Positions 58,868 to 64,000 of a stretch of 64,000 bases of DNA are shown piece after piece. Each line of letters begins with the position of its first letter. Position 1 is the stretch's first letter. Source of the DNA: a bacterium (GTDB lineage: Bacteria; Electryoneota; Electryoneia; Electryoneales; Electryoneaceae). The notes beneath the pieces are model-generated. The model searched no databases and was not told the origin of the DNA. It worked only from the letters and a program-made list of their open reading frames with translations. The translations under genes and the position numbers were made by a program. The stretch covers positions 1,696,001 through 1,760,000 of the forward strand of contig CAXXKJ010000002.1 in assembly GCA_963675295.2 (NCBI GenBank). Direction: 5' to 3'.

Positions 58868-61741
58868 TTACTTCGTCAGCACCACTTTCTGCACCGCCTG
58901 CTCGCCGGCGTGCTGCACCTGCAGGACGTAGACACCGGTCGCCAGCGACACGCCCGCGTCATTAGCGCTCAGGGTCAGGGTGTGGTAGCCGGGCTGAACG
59001 GTTCGCGCCTGGGTCAGCACACGTTGGCCGAGCACGTTGTACAGCGCCAGCTTGACCTCGCCCGGGCTCGGCACCGCGACACGCACGGCGAAGCTCGGGT
59101 TGAACGGGTTCGGGTAGGCCTTGCCGACCTCGAACTCACGCGGCAGGGCGGAGGCGAGCTGATCGTCTACACCGCTCGGCGCGTACAACGACAGCCGGGT
59201 GTAGTTGCCGCTGCCGAAAGTGCCGTCGCCGGCGTGCAACTGGCCGATAACCAACGTTTCGCCGGTGTTTTCGACCGTGTTCCAGATCTCGAAGGTCATC
59301 GTGTTGCCGGGGGTGAAACCACCGTTGCCGAGGTCTTCGTAGGCGTTCAGGATTAACGGGAAGACGTCATGTTCCGGCGCGATCGCGCCAACCACCGTGC
59401 CGCCGTCAAGCACCGCAATCTCGTAGTCGGTCAACGGTTGCGGCAGTCCGCCGGTGATCACGATCGGGTACGGCGCTTCGTTGGGCGCGACCGGGACAAA
59501 GTGGTCGAGATCAGCGGGGAACGGCTTGACCGTTACCACATCGAAGAAGCTCCAGCCGTTGTTAAGGTCGCGTGATCCGAGCAGGATGCCGTCGATGGGC
59601 AAATTGGCGACGGTGCGAACATCATGCAACCGAAGCTGGAATTCGTCGTTCAGCAGCGTCGTTTCGAGCAGACCGTCCTGGTAGTTCAACGTCAGGTGAT
59701 ACCACGCGTTGTAGTCGACGTCGAAGATGTCGGTCAGTTGGACCGGATCGTTCATGTCCGGGTCCTGCAACCACAGGTGATGGTTGCTGCCGACATAGAG
59801 CTTGATCCGTTCGTCACCGGAATAGAGGTGTACCGAACCAGCCTCGCCGCCGGCACTTGGATACCCCGAGAGGTAGAACCAGGTTGAAACCTGCAGACCG
59901 CTTGTCTCTGCGAAATACCGTTGCACGCCCTCGATGATGTTCGCCGGTGCGGAGGTGCCGACCGAATACTCGCCGTTGTAGACTCGGCTGGTGAAGCGAT
60001 AGGTGTTGATCGAGTTGATGAACTCCCAGACGTCTGGGTCATCCGCCTCGAAGTCGTCCACTATCGGCAGACCGAAGAGGCCGGAATAGAAGATCGGCTC
60101 GTTCATTGGCAGCGATTCGATGTCGCCGTAGAGTGCGCGTACGGTATACGTGTAATGACCCGGTTCCGGTAGTTGATCCACGACCGATTCGAGCAAAGTC
60201 GCTTCGAGAATCAGGTTGCCGTCACGGTACACGTTGTAGCCGTTGAAGTCGTTGTTTCCACCCGGATCGGAGTACCATGAGAGGGTGACTTCGCCATTTT
60301 CGCGGTCGACGTCCGAATTGACGTACTCCATCATCGGCACGGTCGCGGAGGGCGCGTATTCCAGTGCCCGGCGAGCGTTGACCCGTCCCGCGCCGAGCAG
60401 ACCGGCGTAGGAGGGGTTGAGGTCGTCAATGTCGTCCGCGGCGGCCTTGATTACGAATTCGACCTGATCGTCGGTCAGCTCCGGCATGTAACTGAGGATC
60501 AACGCGGCGACCGAAGCGGCATTCGGGCTGGCCATCGACGTTCCCTGCCATGCGATGTAATCCTGCGGGCGGTAGTTTTCGCCGACCATCGTGCTCCAGA
60601 TACTGGTGCCCGGGGCGGTGATGCCAACCCAGTCGCCGTAGGTGGAGAAGCTGGCTTTGTAGTCTTCCGGAGTGCTGGCGACGACGGCAATCGCTCCGTC
60701 GTAGGCGGCCGGGTAATTCCGTGCAGCGTCGCCGTTGTTGCCGGCGGACGCGAACAGGATGACACCGTTCTCGCGGGCGTAGGTGACCGCGTCCTGGTAT
60801 GCCTGCTGCGAACCGGACCCGCCGAAGGAGATGCTGATGACGCGCGAGCCGTTGTCGGTCGCATATTGAATCGCGGCCATGAAATCGGAGCTGATGCCGC
60901 TGCCCTGCAATGAACCGCCGGAAAGCCAGGCAAATCCGGCACGGAGGGGCATGGAGATCACGTTCCACGAGGCCGACGCCACGCCGATCCCGTTGTTGGT
61001 CGTCGCGGCGGCGGTGCCCTGGACGTGGGTGCCGTGGCCGTGCACGTCGGGGAAGACTTCATTATCGCGGGGACCGTAATCTTCGCCGACTGCTGGATCG
61101 CCCCAAGGCTGCCCGGAGACGAAGTCCCAGCCGGTCAGGTCGTCGACGAACCCGTTGTTGTCGTCGTCGATGCCGTTCATGTCGGAATCATCCCAGGCAC
61201 CGTTGTTGTTCAGATCTTCGCCGGGGTTGATGTACATGTTCGCCCACAGGTCTTCGTGGGTGATCTTGCAGCCGGTGTCGATGGTGGTGATGATGATGTC
61301 GGTTTCAGCCTGAAAGATGTCCCACGCTTCCGGGCATTCCATGATGTCCAGCGCCCACATGTTGTAGATGTCGATATCGTCGGGCATCAGCATCGCGTCA
61401 TGGATCTGATCCAGCTCAGCGGAGAGGATCGCGCCGCCGGTGGTGAGACTGGAGAGCAGCGTTTGTCCTTCCATCGAGGATTCGACCTTGAACCAGCGAT
61501 TGAGGCCGATCTCGTACCACGAAGCCCGGTGTTCTGGATCGTTCGGCTCGTAGAAGATGGGTGTCACCTGCATGTCTGGCGCGTTGAACCGTGTCAGCTC
61601 GGCTGGTAACACGTTGTGCTCGCGTGCGTCGAACGCCGCGGCATCAGTAAGCTCCACCAGCACCGGTTGAGTCGGTGCGGCAAGTGTCGATATGGAAACC
61701 ATCAAAAGCAGTGCGAAGACGCTGAGAACCGTACGCGTCAT
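58868..61741 (-). CDS. S8 subtilisin-like serine peptidase with T9SS CTD
   Basis: IDTG, HGTHVQG, SAGN, GTSMASP; NGIDDDNNGFVDD; AYPNPFNP. Confidence 0.9.
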   Translation of the reverse strand: MTRTVLSVFALLLMVSISTLAAPTQPVLVELTDAAAFDAREHNVLPAELTRFNAPDMQVTPIFYEPNDPEHRASWYEIGLNRWFKVESSMEGQTLLSSLTTGGAILSAELDQIHDAMLMPDDIDIYNMWALDIMECPEAWDIFQAETDIIITTIDTGCKITHEDLWANMYINPGEDLNNNGAWDDSDMNGIDDDNNGFVDDLTGWDFVSGQPWGDPAVGEDYGPRDNEVFPDVHGHGTHVQGTAAATTNNGIGVASASWNVISMPLRAGFAWLSGGSLQGSGISSDFMAAIQYATDNGSRVISISFGGSGSQQAYQDAVTYARENGVILFASAGNNGDAARNYPAAYDGAIAVVASTPEDYKASFSTYGDWVGITAPGTSIWSTMVGENYRPQDYIAWQGTSMASPNAASVAALILSYMPELTDDQVEFVIKAAADDIDDLNPSYAGLLGAGRVNARRALEYAPSATVPMMEYVNSDVDRENGEVTLSWYSDPGGNNDFNGYNVYRDGNLILEATLLESVVDQLPEPGHYTYTVRALYGDIESLPMNEPIFYSGLFGLPIVDDFEADDPDVWEFINSINTYRFTSRVYNGEYSVGTSAPANIIEGVQRYFAETSGLQVSTWFYLSGYPSAGGEAGSVHLYSGDERIKLYVGSNHHLWLQDPDMNDPVQLTDIFDVDYNAWYHLTLNYQDGLLETTLLNDEFQLRLHDVRTVANLPIDGILLGSRDLNNGWSFFDVVTVKPFPADLDHFVPVAPNEAPYPIVITGGLPQPLTDYEIAVLDGGTVVGAIAPEHDVFPLILNAYEDLGNGGFTPGNTMTFEIWNTVENTGETLVIGQLHAGDGTFGSGNYTRLSLYAPSGVDDQLASALPREFEVGKAYPNPFNPSFAVRVAVPSPGEVKLALYNVLGQRVLTQARTVQPGYHTLTLSANDAGVSLATGVYVLQVQHAGEQAVQKVVLTK

Positions 61742-61945
61742 GGTCTACCCTCCAGGGATAACGTCTACGTTGTGCCAGTTAGATGCACTTAACTCACATT
61801 CCGCTCACCGAGCAAGAACCGGACCCTCCGGCACAGACGAGCTTGTGGGATTTGAATACGAAAAAACAGGATAGGCTCGAGCGTGGCCTGTTTCCAAGTG
61901 TGAATCGTGTCTGAGCTGAGATTCGTGGGGATACTGCTTAATCGA

Positions 61946-62464
61946 TCAGGCGCGGTCGTACACGGAGCGAACGGCGTCGGCAAATTCGTCCGCCCGCTGC
62001 GATCCGATCAGCAGCTTCTTGCCGTCGATGAATTCGAACTGAACACCACGGTTGCCGGACACATTGTACGCCAGGTTTCCGGGCAAACCGCGCACCCCCC
62101 ATCCGCCGAACTGACCGATCGGACTATAGTTGATCGCCTCGAACTCCTTGATTTCCGCGATGGGAATCACCCGATGAAACACCAGCGGCCAATAGCGAAC
62201 ATGGATTACGTCGTCCATCACCCAAACCTGAAGGTGAATCCGGCGGAAGAACAGGATCAGCAATACCATTAATCCGCCCAATCCGATCACGATATTCCAC
62301 ATTTCCTGCGGTTTTTCAGTACCCTGCACCAGTTCGATCACCGGCCCGATGATGACCGCCACCAGGCTGGCGACCAGGATCAGCGTCAGCCACCATTGAC
62401 GGAAGTACTGTTCTTCATAAAACCGTGCGGCTTCCGGGACGGGGAGCGGGAGTTTCCGTTCCAT
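61946..62464 (-). CDS. Two-TM membrane protein with PH-like C-domain (DUF6141-like)
   Basis: FYEEQYFRQWW; YSPIGQFGGWGVR...AYNVSGNRGVQ...LLIGSQR. Confidence 0.7.
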   Translation of the reverse strand: MERKLPLPVPEAARFYEEQYFRQWWLTLILVASLVAVIIGPVIELVQGTEKPQEMWNIVIGLGGLMVLLILFFRRIHLQVWVMDDVIHVRYWPLVFHRVIPIAEIKEFEAINYSPIGQFGGWGVRGLPGNLAYNVSGNRGVQFEFIDGKKLLIGSQRADEFADAVRSVYDRA

Positions 62465-62467
62465 CGA

Positions 62468-62866
62468 TCAAAGCTCCTGATCATGCACGAAGGCGTCCGC
62501 CTCGATTTCAACCAGCAATTCCGGCCGCACCAGCCCGCTGATTGCGACCATGGTCGCAGCCGGACGGATTCCCTCGAAGAATTCGCGGTGCGCACGTCCG
62601 ACCTCGGCTTCGACGCTCATATCGGAGACAAAGATCCGCGTGCGCACGACATGCTCGAGTTTCGCGCCGGCGCCATCCAGGGCGGTCTTGATCTTCTCCA
62701 GCACGGCGACGGTCTGGCCGTAAGCGTCACCCGGCGCGATCGGTTCTCCCTTGCCGTCGACTGGAGCGGTTCCGGCGACCCAGATGTGCTGTCCGATACG
62801 AACGGCACGGGAAAAACCAACCGTGTCCTCCCACGGCGATCCGGATCGTATCAGCAGGCGTTCCAT
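62468..62866 (-). CDS. RidA/YjgF family protein
   Basis: SPWE..VGFSRAVR, VAGTA, VVRTRIFV, RPAATMV, VEIEA. Confidence 0.9.
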   Translation of the reverse strand: MERLLIRSGSPWEDTVGFSRAVRIGQHIWVAGTAPVDGKGEPIAPGDAYGQTVAVLEKIKTALDGAGAKLEHVVRTRIFVSDMSVEAEVGRAHREFFEGIRPAATMVAISGLVRPELLVEIEADAFVHDQEL

Positions 62867-62874
62867 GTAATCTC

Positions 62875-62923
62875 CAGTGTTCAGTGGTCAGTACTCAGTA
62901 GTCAGTGGATTGTGGTCAGTTGT
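62875..62923 (+). repeat. Heptamer tandem repeat (CAGTnnT, about 7 units)
   Basis: CAGTGTT CAGTGGT CAGTACT CAGTAGT CAGTGGA TTGTGGT CAGTTGT. Confidence 0.75.
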
Positions 62924-63479
62924 CCGAAACCAGCAGCGTGGAAAACGCGTGCACCGTCTTCGAATCAAACAGGCACATCCGGACCTGTTCCAACTGTGTG
63001 TCCTCGTGATCGTTCAGCCAGGATTGGATGCTCGCCAGGATGATCCGAGCCGCCCGGTCGAGCGGGAACGCGTAGATCCCGGTCGAGATCGCCGGCAGGC
63101 TGATGGTCTTGATCTGCAGGTCGGGCTGGCTGGCGATGTCAAGGGCGGAGTGGACGGCGTTCACCAGCTTCTGGTCTTCGTCGCCTTCGCCCCAGCGCGG
63201 GCCGACGGTGTGGATCACGTGCCGCGCGGGCAGATTTCCCGCGGAGGTCCAAGTCGCGTTCCCGACCGGGATCGGTGCAAGCCGGTCGGATTCATCCTGG
63301 ATGATCTGGCCGCCCTTGCGGACAATCGCGCCGGCAACACCGCCACCGTGCTGCAGGTAGCTGTTGGCGGCGTTGACGATCGCGTCAACCGCTTCGATCG
63401 TGATGTCGCCCTGAACCAGCACGAGTTCGACGCCGCACGTATGCCGGACGCTTAAAATCGTTTCGTTTCCGGTAGCCAT
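62916..63479 (-). CDS. Macro domain protein (ADP-ribose binding/O-acetyl-ADP-ribose deacetylase-like)
   Basis: GDIT, IVNAAN, GGGVAGAI, VIHTVGP, PAISTGIYAFP. Confidence 0.92.
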   Translation of the reverse strand: MATGNETILSVRHTCGVELVLVQGDITIEAVDAIVNAANSYLQHGGGVAGAIVRKGGQIIQDESDRLAPIPVGNATWTSAGNLPARHVIHTVGPRWGEGDEDQKLVNAVHSALDIASQPDLQIKTISLPAISTGIYAFPLDRAARIILASIQSWLNDHEDTQLEQVRMCLFDSKTVHAFSTLLVSDN

Positions 63480-63751
63480 GATGAGTGCCCCCCACTGTGA
63501 GCCGAAACCCTCTCACGTTGAAGTATTTTGATACGGATTTCCGGGTTCAACCACCACAATTCCCGGCCAAAACCGCCTCTCGAGCGGAACGATCAAGCGG
63601 GGATACCGTTCACGTTGTAGTGTGAAGCCGGTATTATGTTGGTATAACCGTAAAAATGCCTCACTTCGAGACGCTTTCGGAGGCATGCAGATTGCGCTCA
63701 ACACTACTGTTTGGGTAACCTAACCCTAGACGCGAGTCCCTGGGGGGATGC

Positions 63752-64000
63752 ATGGCAAAACTGCTGAAAACACTGGAACGGATCGCCGTGGTCGTGGGGA
63801 TTGGCCTGTCCTTCTTTGCGGTCATCGAAACACTCCGTGCCTACCAGATTCTGTATGATACTCATCCATGGCTCGGCTATGGTTTCCTCGCCGTGGTCGC
63901 GGCATTGCTATTCTATGTCATTTGGCAGCTCCGATCGCTGTTCACTCTCGGCGCGGCGCTGGTACCGCCGGAATTGCCCGGCGAAGGGCCGGTCAGTCCA
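63752..64000 (+). CDS. Membrane protein, N-terminus only (runs off window; possibly YcjF/DUF697-like)
   Basis: Translated by hand: MAKLLKTLERIAVVVGIGLSFFAVIETLRAYQILYDTHPWLGYGFLAVV...; two TM segments, open to the window end. Confidence 0.55.
   Translation, partial: MAKLLKTLERIAVVVGIGLSFFAVIETLRAYQILYDTHPWLGYGFLAVVAALLFYVIWQLRSLFTLGAALVPPELPGEGPVSP

Noticed and set aside
3481-61741. DGR template/variable repeats among the similar CTD-encoding 3' ends
   Set aside because: The similarity is ordinary paralogy, I saw no adenine-specific mismatch pattern, and there is no reverse transcriptase in the window.
62916-63479. Macro domain as a DarG antitoxin or defence gene
   Set aside because: Stand-alone YmdB/MacroD-like size and no darT, sirtuin or toxin neighbour.

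Overview
A mostly GC-rich bacterial chromosome segment. By inference it comes from a non-Bacteroidota FCB-group lineage: seven genes end in a YPNPFN...LASGxYF type-A T9SS/FlgD-like C-terminal domain, and Shine-Dalgarno motifs are strong. Housekeeping and accessory content includes GH13, GH16, S8 and S9 hydrolases, a SulP plus multi-component signalling cluster, tandem RDD genes, a complete mrpABCDEFG operon of lower GC, a TreS-maltokinase fusion and an arsR-acr3-arsC-arsM locus. Two non-standard structures stand out. (1) At 1-3743 is the right end of an island (DUF932 and Xis-like genes) ending in a 28-bp tmRNA/tRNA-Ala-like 3' att core. A 2365-bp integrase-less unit follows it, carrying one secreted-protein gene and ending in a second copy of the same att core and arm repeats. 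(2) At 14711-17915 is a 3.2-kb element bounded by a perfect 18-bp inverted repeat and punctuated by five (GTT/CAA)4 motifs. It encodes a Zn-finger/Toprim/AAA_25 primase-helicase and three stand-alone, diverged paralogs of the primase zinc-binding domain, with no recombinase. All calls come from motif recognition by eye; no database searches were run.
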